In this document: positions 29,757-38,359 of the stretch, piece by piece
How the letters are laid out: each line of letters begins with the position of its first letter
Numbering within the stretch: position 1 is the stretch's first letter
NCBI GenBank assembly: GCA_963700635.1
Contig: CAVOYH010000003.1
Coordinates: 1,312,001 to 1,376,000 of the forward strand
DNA from: an uncultured Bacteroidota bacterium
GTDB taxonomy: Bacteria; Bacteroidota; Ignavibacteria; UBA10030; UBA6906
DNA: 64,000 nucleotides
Reading direction: 5' to 3'
Notes under the pieces: model-generated
Seen by the model: only the letters and a program-made list of their open reading frames with translations
Database searches by the model: none
Told to the model about the DNA's origin: nothing
Position numbers and translations under genes: made by a program

Positions 29757-29809
29757 CGTTCTTCCGGGGGGTCTTTGCTGATATCCACTACATCAAAATG
29801 AGGGATGGA

Positions 29810-30724
29810 ATGAGAGCGCAGACGATACTGGACACGATCGGGCGGACTCCGGTGGTCAGACTGAACCGGCTTTATGCAGACGGGGCGGAAGTGTGGATGA
29901 AGCTCGAACGGGCCAACCCCGGCGGGAGCATCAAGGATCGTATTGCACTTTCAATGGTCGAAGATGCGGAACGGCGGGGCATTCTGCGCAAGGGGAGTGT
30001 GATCATCGAGCCCACATCCGGCAATACCGGCATCGGTCTGGCGATGGTGGCCGCGGTGAAGGGTTACCGTCTCATCCTCGTCATGCCGGAATCCATGTCT
30101 GTTGAACGGCGCCGGCTGATGCTCGCCTACGGAGCCGAATTTGATCTTACTCCCAGGGAGAAAGGGATGAAAGGTGCAATCGAACGGGCCGGAGTTCTGG
30201 CAGGCTCGATACCTGATGCGTGGGTCCCCCAACAATTCGAGAACGAAGCAAATGTGGAAATCCACAGGAAGACAACTGCCCGGGAAATTCTTGAAGATTT
30301 TCCCGAAGGGATTGATGTCCTTATCACAGGCGTTGGCACTGGCGGGCATATTACAGGGGTGACCGAAATGGTGCGAAAGAAGTTCCCGAAGCTCGCCTCA
30401 TTCGCGGTGGAACCGGCTCTTTCGCCGGTCTTGAGCGGAGGCACACCCGGCGCACATCCCATTCAGGGAATCGGTGCCGGATTTGTCCCTGCAATCCTCA
30501 AGCAGGATCTCCTCACCGGAACCATTCAGGTCACAAAGGAAGAAGCGTACCAGTACACCGTCCGTGCAGCAAAAGAAGAGGGCCTCTTCGTTGGAATCTC
30601 TTCCGGGGCCTCGCTTGCCGCGGTGGCAAAAAAGCTGCCAGACCTTCCCCCGAAGAGCCGAATTCTGACATTCAATTATGACACAGGAGAGCGCTATCTC
30701 TCTATTGACGGTCTCTTTGCATAA
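29810..30724 (+). CDS. cysK: Cysteine synthase A
   Basis: NPGGSIKDR (PLP Lys), [25 protein letters not shown] and DTGERYLS. Confidence 0.96.
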   Translation: MRAQTILDTIGRTPVVRLNRLYADGAEVWMKLERANPGGSIKDRIALSMVEDAERRGILRKGSVIIEPTSGNTGIGLAMVAAVKGYRLILVMPESMSVERRRLMLAYGAEFDLTPREKGMKGAIERAGVLAGSIPDAWVPQQFENEANVEIHRKTTAREILEDFPEGIDVLITGVGTGGHITGVTEMVRKKFPKLASFAVEPALSPVLSGGTPGAHPIQGIGAGFVPAILKQDLLTGTIQVTKEEAYQYTVRAAKEEGLFVGISSGASLAAVAKKLPDLPPKSRILTFNYDTGERYLSIDGLFA

Positions 30725-30774
30725 CCCGATACGATGTGCACGGGCTATCCATGCGTGCCCGGATGCTCACATGA

Positions 30775-30803
30775 TTGACATTGACGACCTGTTTATCTAG
30801 AAT
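30775..30803 (+). promoter_or_regulatory. Sigma70-type promoter for the rsb-like operon
   Basis: TTGACA-17 nt-TAGAAT. Confidence 0.6.
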
Positions 30804-30993
30804 ATTTTAACACGATCTGTTCTTTTGATGCTCACTTTTCTTGCGAGGAACTCCGCGCCATGGCAACGATCCGGGTGGTACTTTCGGATGTCTCCATATC
30901 CCCCTTTGGCGCCTCGCCGCATGCCCTTCACGACGCCACACCCGTCACCCGCCCAAATTCTCTCCCCGTTCAGAGTGTTCGACGAGGTGATCT

Positions 30994-31410
30994 ATGAGCA
31001 AAGCCGTAGCTCTGAAGATCACGCTCCCGCGTATTCCCGATATTGAACTTGTCGCTCTGGAGGGACTCGAGCGCCTTGCCCGCCACCTTGGTATCGCAGA
31101 AGATAAAATCGGGGAAGCCCGTATCGTGGTTACCGAGGCCATCATCAATGCCTTCGAACATTCGGGATCCGGAAATCAACCGGTCCGTGTGGAGTTTACC
31201 ATCACGGATGATACGCTTGTGGTGTTTGTTCGCGACGCCGGGAAAGGATTTCTGCCCTCGGAGGTCGAAGACCCTGATATTAAGGAAAAAATGGGATCGC
31301 AGAACAAGCGCGGATGGGGGTTGAAGCTTATGAAATCACTGAGTGATGGTTTCCGCATCGATTCAGGGAAGACGGGCACCACTATTACAATCACCAAACG
31401 AATGCGTTAA
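30994..31410 (+). CDS. RsbW-like anti-sigma factor Ser kinase (HATPase_c_2)
   Basis: EAIINAFEH, VRDAGKGF and RGWGLKLMKSLSD. Confidence 0.88.
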   Translation: MSKAVALKITLPRIPDIELVALEGLERLARHLGIAEDKIGEARIVVTEAIINAFEHSGSGNQPVRVEFTITDDTLVVFVRDAGKGFLPSEVEDPDIKEKMGSQNKRGWGLKLMKSLSDGFRIDSGKTGTTITITKRMR

Positions 31411-31415
31411 ATACT

Positions 31416-31772
31416 ATGGAACAACCATTTAACCTGACAACAGAAGTCAAAGACGAGCGGCTGATCATCGCCACCTCCGGGTATGTGAATAATGTCGGGG
31501 GAGAGGCAATTGCCACGGAGTTTCAGAAACACTTTGGCACGGGCGTGCGCAACGTTATTATTAATCTCGCCGAGTCAAAAGTCGTAAACTCCGTCGGCAT
31601 GTCCTTCCTGATTGAAATCATCGAAAGCCTCAGCGAGGCTGGCGGACGGCTGATCTTCACGAATCTTGACCCCGCAGTCGAGAAGATGCTGTCCATCATG
31701 GGCCTCTTCTCGTATGCCGGCAAAGAGAACACGGTTGAGGATGCCCTTAGCGTACTTGCAAACCAAACATAG
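31416..31772 (+). CDS. STAS-domain anti-anti-sigma factor (RsbV-like)
   Basis: 118 aa; VIINL...VNSVGMSFL phospho-Ser motif; VEDAL C-terminus. Confidence 0.88.
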   Translation: MEQPFNLTTEVKDERLIIATSGYVNNVGGEAIATEFQKHFGTGVRNVIINLAESKVVNSVGMSFLIEIIESLSEAGGRLIFTNLDPAVEKMLSIMGLFSYAGKENTVEDALSVLANQT

Positions 31773-31791
31773 GAAGGCGTGGAATCAGATT

Positions 31792-33393
31792 ATGTCCAAG
31801 GAAGTCCTGACCGGTCATCAGACTGCAACGATGGAGTTACTCCCGAAGGCGTACCGTAACGTTATGAAAAGTAACAGCATCCGGGAGCTCACGGAGCGTT
31901 TCAGAGTCTTCCTTCAGGAATGGGATGGAGGCGGGAACGTATCGCTGGATTACCGTGCCGCTGGAGAATCCGAATGGCAGTCCCTTGCGGGGGGGGATAC
32001 TCCCGGCGTTTCGCACCCCGGTGGCCGTTCGGAGCAAAAGGGGACTAACGCACAACTGGCAGACAGCAGTGCACAAACGGACACCGTCCACCGGCTTGGT
32101 GACGGATCGGAATTACGCGTTACGTTTACCGGTGGATCGCTGTCCGGCGAGAGTACAGAGGCCGGGAATCTTCCGGTGCGGTTTGCGGTTGCCGTGTTTG
32201 ATGCAGCGTATAGAGCTCTGCTTCACCGGCAACATGAAAAAAACCTTGCCTTTTCGTTGAACCAGCGATTGTTACAACTCAACAGCCTGATTGACACGGG
32301 GATCGATATTGCGACGCTGGATGGAGCGGTGAATCCCTGCAACCTCGCACTGGAGCGTGCCGTGGCGTTGACCGATGCGTCTTACGGACTCGTTATCGTT
32401 TATGAAGGGGACAGTATCGCCGAACGGATTACATTTCCGGGCGAGGTGCCGGAGCACAGAGGAAAGGGGGATGACACGAGTATCACAGCGGAGTTTGTCT
32501 TCGGTCAGAAACGATATGTGTTTTCGCTGCTGGAGAAGGAAAGTCGTGATGGGGTTGCATCTTTTGAAGGGACAGACCGTCTCCTGCTTGATGCACTCTC
32601 GCGACAGGTGCATGCTTCCCTGGAGAATCGGTTTCTGTACCAGCAGTCTCTTGAGAAGCAGAAAATGGAACAGGATCTTGCGGTAGCAGCGTCCATCCAG
32701 CAGAGGATTTTGCCGTCGGTCCTTCCCGTCATCGAAGGCTATGATGCAGCGGGGATCAATATACCTTCAAAATCCGTGGGGGGTGATTACTACGACTGTA
32801 TTCCTCTTCCGGAAGGCCGGTACGCACTGGTCATGGCTGATGTGGCCGGAAAGGGAATCCCGGCAGCGCTCCTGGTGAGCACGCTTCACGCGTATCTCTC
32901 CGCGTATCTCGAGAGCGGGATGCCGCTTGCGGGAATGGCCACCCGGATCAACACGATGATTCATCGGGCCTCAACGGACGATAAATTTATCACGGCCTTC
33001 ATCGCGCTGCTTGACCCACAATCAGGCATTCTGGAGTATGTCAATGCGGGGCACACGGTGGGATACTGTCGAAGGGTTGACGGCACACTCCAGGGCCTTA
33101 CCGAAGGCGGAATTCCCTTCGGAATGCTTGATATGGAATTTCCCTATGAATCCGCCCGGGTCACGTTGCAGCCGGGGGATCGCCTCCTTCTCTACACCGA
33201 CGGAATCCCCGAGGCTCAGAACGACGCCGAGGTACTCTACGAAGACCAGGCTCCGCTGGAGGAGTTTATGGCCCGTGTAGTCCCCGGCAACGCCAGCGAT
33301 TTTATCAGTGAACTCATTGCTGATGTGGCCCGCTTTACCGCCGATGCCCCTCAGGCCGACGATATCACGGCACTCTATCTCATTCGCCGGTGA
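31792..33393 (+). CDS. PP2C/SpoIIE (RsbU-like) phosphatase with GAF-like N-terminal region
   Basis: AASIQQRILP, VGGDYYD, ADVAGKGIPAAL, NAGH, LYTDGIPE and DDITAL. Confidence 0.92.
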   Translation: MSKEVLTGHQTATMELLPKAYRNVMKSNSIRELTERFRVFLQEWDGGGNVSLDYRAAGESEWQSLAGGDTPGVSHPGGRSEQKGTNAQLADSSAQTDTVHRLGDGSELRVTFTGGSLSGESTEAGNLPVRFAVAVFDAAYRALLHRQHEKNLAFSLNQRLLQLNSLIDTGIDIATLDGAVNPCNLALERAVALTDASYGLVIVYEGDSIAERITFPGEVPEHRGKGDDTSITAEFVFGQKRYVFSLLEKESRDGVASFEGTDRLLLDALSRQVHASLENRFLYQQSLEKQKMEQDLAVAASIQQRILPSVLPVIEGYDAAGINIPSKSVGGDYYDCIPLPEGRYALVMADVAGKGIPAALLVSTLHAYLSAYLESGMPLAGMATRINTMIHRASTDDKFITAFIALLDPQSGILEYVNAGHTVGYCRRVDGTLQGLTEGGIPFGMLDMEFPYESARVTLQPGDRLLLYTDGIPEAQNDAEVLYEDQAPLEEFMARVVPGNASDFISELIADVARFTADAPQADDITALYLIRR

Positions 33394-33484
33394 TGGACTG
33401 TTTACCCGACCCAACGAACTCCGCCCGCTCTCCCCTTACCCCACCAGGGATACTGAAGCCCCGGTAACATGACGGGTGTTGTTC

Positions 33485-34048
33485 CTATACACGGGGCCAC
33501 AACCATCCGAACGTTCCGGCTGTCACCAGAGCATACAGCAACGCATCGAAGGTGTTTTTAAGTGCCACGGAAACGGGGCGTTTGTACCAGATTGTTTCCT
33601 GCCAACCACCCAGCGCATAACTTGCGAATGCCGTGACGCCCGCAAAACGGAAGACTGCCAGATAATGTGCGTCGGGTCCGAGAGCGCGCCCGGCCACGTA
33701 CGCAGCAAAGATCCCGATGATAAGAGAATAAACAAACCACTGCAGCAGGTTGCCTGCCATGGAGGGGTTTGCTCCCGACCAAACGGTGAGCATGGCGTTC
33801 GGCCCCTTTTTCACCTTCGCCTGAAAATCCGGTGCATTCATGTCTTTCATGCTTGCCGCGCGCGGAAAATGATACTGACCGGGAGGAATGTTGAACTTCC
33901 TCAGGGCATCCATCACCCCGTCTTCGTCAGGGAGTTTCCGGTAATCGTTGGCGTGATAGCCGAGCAGCATGTGGATCAGCGAACTGACCACAAAGACAAA
34001 CACGGCAGAAAGCAAAATGGGAAGCCAGAGGGAGAGAATAGAAACCAT
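33485..34048 (-). CDS. Hypothetical integral membrane protein
   Basis: GGAGG RBS before MVSILSLWLPILLSA; about four TM segments; no function recognised. Confidence 0.75.
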   Translation of the reverse strand: MVSILSLWLPILLSAVFVFVVSSLIHMLLGYHANDYRKLPDEDGVMDALRKFNIPPGQYHFPRAASMKDMNAPDFQAKVKKGPNAMLTVWSGANPSMAGNLLQWFVYSLIIGIFAAYVAGRALGPDAHYLAVFRFAGVTAFASYALGGWQETIWYKRPVSVALKNTFDALLYALVTAGTFGWLWPRV

Positions 34049-34197
34049 AACGACCTCCTGATGATGATTATGCACCTGGATTACAGTGATTGAAGGTAGG
34101 TCTTTTCCGGATTCGAGGCAAGAGATTATGTCTACACGCTGGCAGTGAGACACGGATCTTCGTATATTATACATCTACACGAGAAGAACGGAATCCC

Positions 34198-35802
34198 ATG
34201 GGTCTAAAAGAAGAAATCCTGCGCCGGCGCACATTTGCTATCATCTCCCACCCCGACGCGGGGAAGACAACACTCACCGAAAAGTTTCTGCTCCATGGCA
34301 ATGCCGTCCAGCTTGCCGGATCCGTGACAGCCCGGAAGAATCAGAGACAGTCCACGTCGGATTGGATGGAACTGGAACGCAAAAGGGGTATCTCCATCAG
34401 TTCTACCGTGTTGCAATTCGACTACAATGGTTTCAGGATCAACCTTCTGGACACGCCGGGTCATCAGGATTTCTCGGAGGATACCTATCGGGTCCTGACT
34501 GCTGTGGATGCTGTCGTGATGGTGATAGATTCCGCAAAAGGAATCGAAACACAGACAAAAAAGCTCTTTGAAGTCTGCCGCCGGAGACATATTCCGATTT
34601 TTACGTTTATGAACAAACTCGACCGGCCCACCAAAGATCCCCTGGAACTGCTTGACGAGCTCGAAAAGGTCCTGGGAATTGCGGCCTATCCGATGAACTG
34701 GCCGCTGGGCACGGGATTTTTATTTCGCGGCGTTTTTGACCGCCTCGCCAGGCAAGCCCACCTCTTTGAGTTCGGGGTGAGCGGGGCCTACCGGGTACCG
34801 GTGGAAATTGGTTCGCTTTCAGACCCGGTGGTTACCGATCGGCTCGCAGGGGAGGACCACAGGCGTCTTGTGGAGGAGATTGAGATGCTGGATCATGCAG
34901 GCTCGGCATTTGACACGGCCGAGGTTCTGGCGGGGAAAATTACGCCGGTCTTTTTCGGGAGCGCACGAAACAACTTCGGGGTTCAATTACTGCTCGACGG
35001 TTTCCTGGAGTACGCCGAACCTCCTCGTGCGCGTACGAGTAATGGCATACCGGTTCCGGTGGACAGCGATGTGTTTTCGGGGTTCGTGTTCAAGATTCAG
35101 GCAAACATGGATCCGCGCCACAGAGACCGTATTGCGTTTCTCCGTGTGTGTTCCGGAAAGTTTTCCAGAGACATGACGGCCATTCACTCGCGGAGCGGCA
35201 AGAGCATCCGGCTCTCGAATGCGGCAAAACTGTTCGGACGCGACAGGGAAACTGTTGACGAGGCCTATGCCGGAGATATCGTGGGGTTTGTCGGGCAGTC
35301 CCTCCTGAGTATCGGGGACACGCTTACGGAAGATCCGAAGATTGTGTATGAAGAAATCCCGAGATTTCCCCCCGAGTGCTTCTCGATCCTGAGTAATCCC
35401 AATCCCTCCAAATTTAAACGGTTCCGCGAAGGCGTGGATCAGTTGCTGCGCGAAGGCGTCGTGCAGGGCTTCTATCCCCGTGTCTCAGCTCAACAGGTCC
35501 CCATTCTCGCTGCCGTGGGACCGTTGCAGTTTGAGGTCTTCCAGTTTCGTCTGGAAAGCGAATACGGGGCGGAGGTGCAACTCAGCGCTGCAGACTGGAA
35601 GTTTGTTCGCTGGGTTCACCCCGATACCGACCGTTCGGTGCTCACCACAGGGGCACTTCCCACCGGATCTCTGCTGGCAGATGATGCGGCGGGACAGCTG
35701 GTGATTCTGTTTCCCGGTGATTGGGCGCTAAGCTATTTCGAAGAAAAAAATCCTTTGATTGTCCTCGGGACAAGTCCGTTTGAACCTCACTCCGGGAAAT
35801 AG
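34198..35802 (+). CDS. prfC: Peptide chain release factor 3
   Basis: RRRTFAIISHPDAGKTTLTEK, DTPGHQDFSEDTYR, FKIQANMDPRHRDRIAF and VGPLQFEV. Confidence 0.97.
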   Translation: MGLKEEILRRRTFAIISHPDAGKTTLTEKFLLHGNAVQLAGSVTARKNQRQSTSDWMELERKRGISISSTVLQFDYNGFRINLLDTPGHQDFSEDTYRVLTAVDAVVMVIDSAKGIETQTKKLFEVCRRRHIPIFTFMNKLDRPTKDPLELLDELEKVLGIAAYPMNWPLGTGFLFRGVFDRLARQAHLFEFGVSGAYRVPVEIGSLSDPVVTDRLAGEDHRRLVEEIEMLDHAGSAFDTAEVLAGKITPVFFGSARNNFGVQLLLDGFLEYAEPPRARTSNGIPVPVDSDVFSGFVFKIQANMDPRHRDRIAFLRVCSGKFSRDMTAIHSRSGKSIRLSNAAKLFGRDRETVDEAYAGDIVGFVGQSLLSIGDTLTEDPKIVYEEIPRFPPECFSILSNPNPSKFKRFREGVDQLLREGVVQGFYPRVSAQQVPILAAVGPLQFEVFQFRLESEYGAEVQLSAADWKFVRWVHPDTDRSVLTTGALPTGSLLADDAAGQLVILFPGDWALSYFEEKNPLIVLGTSPFEPHSGK

Positions 35803-35864
35803 TTTCGTCGCGACGAAAAAAAATTGAGAATATTCGCAGGAGTCTTCGTTTCTCCCCCGTTTCC

Positions 35865-35893
35865 TTGCACCTCTCCGGAGAATTTCGTATATT
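35865..35893 (+). promoter_or_regulatory. Sigma70-type promoter upstream of the LysM gene
   Basis: TTGCAC-17 nt-TATATT. Confidence 0.5.
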
Positions 35894-36068
35894 AGAATAC
35901 AAGAAACAGGGCGCACCATGATTTTTTGGTTCGCCGCCCTGCAGTGTATCGGCATCCAGCCAGACCTCTCACCGCAGGTCAATCTCCGGAACTCCGTCGT
36001 CGTTCACGTGTAAGGCTAACCCCGGCGGGGCGCCGTCATGAATTCATTAACTGCACGAAAGGACTGCC

Positions 36069-36443
36069 ATGTTAGCAGGAAAATATAGCCCAGCGATCGA
36101 CCTTGCGAGGAAACTCGGTTTTTCGGGGGTAGACGTCAAAGAAGATGGCGGGAAACTCAAAGTTAAAGCGACAGCTCCGTACCAGTTTGACAAGGATCTC
36201 TTCTGGGACAAGCTGAAGACGATTGCGAACTGGAATACTGAAGTAGAAGCGTCCATCAACGTCCAGCATACCGACGTGTATGGCTTCTACACGGTCGTTT
36301 CAGGTGACACCCTCTCCAAAATCGCAAAAGCGCATCTCGGTGACGCGATGCGATACATGGAGATCTTCAACATCAATAAAGATGTCCTGACAAATCCGGA
36401 CATGATCAAGGTGGGCCAGAAGATCAAGCTGCCATCAAAATAG
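36069..36443 (+). CDS. BON-like + LysM protein (Kbp/YgaU-like)
   Basis: YTVVSGDTLSKIAKAHLGDAMRYMEIFNINKDVLTNPDMIKVGQKIKLP LysM domain. Confidence 0.88.
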   Translation: MLAGKYSPAIDLARKLGFSGVDVKEDGGKLKVKATAPYQFDKDLFWDKLKTIANWNTEVEASINVQHTDVYGFYTVVSGDTLSKIAKAHLGDAMRYMEIFNINKDVLTNPDMIKVGQKIKLPSK

Positions 36444-36455
36444 ACTGACCTGCTC

Positions 36456-37616
36456 TTATTTTACATGCACCATTCGCCGGGTGCTAACATGGCCGCCGGC
36501 GGACAGGCGGTAGAAGTATGTTCCGCTGGCGATGGTGCGGCCCGGCCCCGGAAACTCCACAGCATGGTGTCCTGCCTCAGCGGGCCCGTCCTGCAGCACG
36601 GTGATAAGCGCCCCGAGCGGCGTAAACACTTCGAGTCGCACGGGACCTGCATGCGGGAGCGTATACCTGATGGTCGTGGATGGGTTAAATGGGTTCGGAT
36701 GATTCTGGGCGAGAAAGAACTCTAAAGGTGGTATCTCGTCTTGCCGCACCACGGTTGTCCAGGAAGAAGCAAAAGCAACACCACCGGGAATTGTCACGGA
36801 AACGGGCACTACCATTGGGTTTGATCCGTCCATCCCCGCAACACGAATTCGTCCCGGTTCCAGTTCAGCCCAGACAATCCTCCCTCCGTTCACGTCCAGC
36901 GCGATGTAACCGGGGCGTGAAAGTCCTTCCAGTACCGATGCAAGTCCACTCCCATTCCGGTTGATCCTGCGGATCCGATTCCCGACGAACTCCGTCCAGT
37001 ACACGGTTCCCGTGCTGACATCAAGCGCCAGTCCATGCGGTCCGTCGAGTCCGGTGATCAGATCTGTTGGTACGCCGCCGGGCTGACGTTGGAGCGAACG
37101 GACGGACCCCATTTCGTACTCACACCAGTAGAGCTTGTCGGCAGTTGTGTCAACGACAATGCCCCGCGGATTACTCCGCGGCCCGAGCACGGCGAGTGTC
37201 TCGACTGCGCCCCCGGAAATTGGACAACTGAATATGGCGGGGCCGGTGAGCAGGTTCGATGATGCCCAGTAGAGTTTCCCCTTTTGTTGATCGACCGCGA
37301 TCCCACGGAGCGCTGAGCCGTCCGTCACGAGGATGGTCGGGCTCTGGAAGGCCGGACCCGCACGATGCAGGCGTGCGCCGGCAAACTGCAATTCCGTCCA
37401 GTAAATATTCCCCGCTTCATCGATTGTCAGACCTTCAGGCAGAGACGTAAGATCCAGAGCAAGCGTGCGTTGAGCCGAGCCATCAAGGTTGGCCGAACGT
37501 AAGAGCGCAGCTCCAAACGCCTCTTCCAGCCAGCAAATTTGTTGGGCCTGGACGCGGACGCCTATGGCCGGAAAAAGGACAATGAGCAGAGCGGATACAT
37601 AAAAGATTCTTTTCAT
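36456..37616 (-). CDS. YWTD (LDL-receptor class B-like) beta-propeller protein with T9SS C-terminal domain
   Basis: Repeats IYWTE, LYWAS, LYWCE, VYWTE and IVWAE, each after a PxGxAxD-like motif; LAQNHPNPFNP C-terminal domain. Confidence 0.85.
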   Translation of the reverse strand: MKRIFYVSALLIVLFPAIGVRVQAQQICWLEEAFGAALLRSANLDGSAQRTLALDLTSLPEGLTIDEAGNIYWTELQFAGARLHRAGPAFQSPTILVTDGSALRGIAVDQQKGKLYWASSNLLTGPAIFSCPISGGAVETLAVLGPRSNPRGIVVDTTADKLYWCEYEMGSVRSLQRQPGGVPTDLITGLDGPHGLALDVSTGTVYWTEFVGNRIRRINRNGSGLASVLEGLSRPGYIALDVNGGRIVWAELEPGRIRVAGMDGSNPMVVPVSVTIPGGVAFASSWTTVVRQDEIPPLEFFLAQNHPNPFNPSTTIRYTLPHAGPVRLEVFTPLGALITVLQDGPAEAGHHAVEFPGPGRTIASGTYFYRLSAGGHVSTRRMVHVK

Positions 37617-37661
37617 CGGATACTCTCCCTGAATGCTGGAACGCCAGTGGAGGTTCGGCGG

Positions 37662-38273
37662 TCAATCCCTGGAGGGGTAGATGCCCTGCAGGGCAATGAT
37701 GAAGTTTACCACGGTGTAGGGGGGCATTATGGAATGGGGCTGATTCCCGCCGGCAGACTCAATGAAGTCAGGAGCGAGGGTGGTGTTGGGGTTCTTCCCA
37801 TAGTGCGGGATACCTGCCGCATTACGTGCAGGAAGTGAGTCGCCGGGTCCGCCGGCAACTCCCACTGTGGAATCGGCCCATGCGCGATGAGTGTGACTCG
37901 GAATCTGATTCGTCGTCAGCGTATGTGATTCGGCGCCTGCCTTCTCGCCAAGCCTCCTGTTGGTCAGGCCGGGCCCGCTTCCGGCATGTAGCGGAAAACG
38001 CCCGCGGAGATCAGGCAGAGCAAAGGTTGTCCGTCCATCTCCCCCATACGTTGTGCCGAGCAGTGAAAAGAGAGCGGTGTTCTGAGCAATCGGGAGTAGT
38101 TGACCGTCGCAAAAGGCCCATCCCCTGGGGGCAAAGTTCCCTGCGAACATCCGGATTTCACCGATAAAAGGGTCCTGCGCGTGTGCGGCTGACAGACCGG
38201 CAATGGACAGTACCGCGAAGAGGAATAACTTCGACGGAAGAAACTTTGTCCATGATTGTGTCCGCGTTTCCAT
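37662..38273 (-). CDS. Phage-tail-collar domain protein (MdpB-like) with signal peptide
   Basis: PFIGEIRMFAGNFAPRGWAFCDGQLL...ALFSLLGTTYGGDGRTTFALPDLRGR and NFIIALQGIYP. Confidence 0.92.
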   Translation of the reverse strand: METRTQSWTKFLPSKLFLFAVLSIAGLSAAHAQDPFIGEIRMFAGNFAPRGWAFCDGQLLPIAQNTALFSLLGTTYGGDGRTTFALPDLRGRFPLHAGSGPGLTNRRLGEKAGAESHTLTTNQIPSHTHRAWADSTVGVAGGPGDSLPARNAAGIPHYGKNPNTTLAPDFIESAGGNQPHSIMPPYTVVNFIIALQGIYPSRD

Positions 38274-38359
38274 AACGACCTCCGGAAAAATGGGAAGATG
38301 ATAATAATAGAGAAAACCCCGGAAGAGTCCGAAAGGTTTCCGACAAACGGAGAATCACC

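Noticed and set aside
29520-29760. SAM-I riboswitch or T-box upstream of cysK
   Set aside because: Conserved cores (AUCxAGAG...GCAACC...GUGC; T-box GGUGGxACC) are not present.
37662-38273. Prophage, suggested by the tail-collar gene
   Set aside because: No integrase, capsid, terminase or other phage genes nearby; the gene has a signal peptide and a host context.
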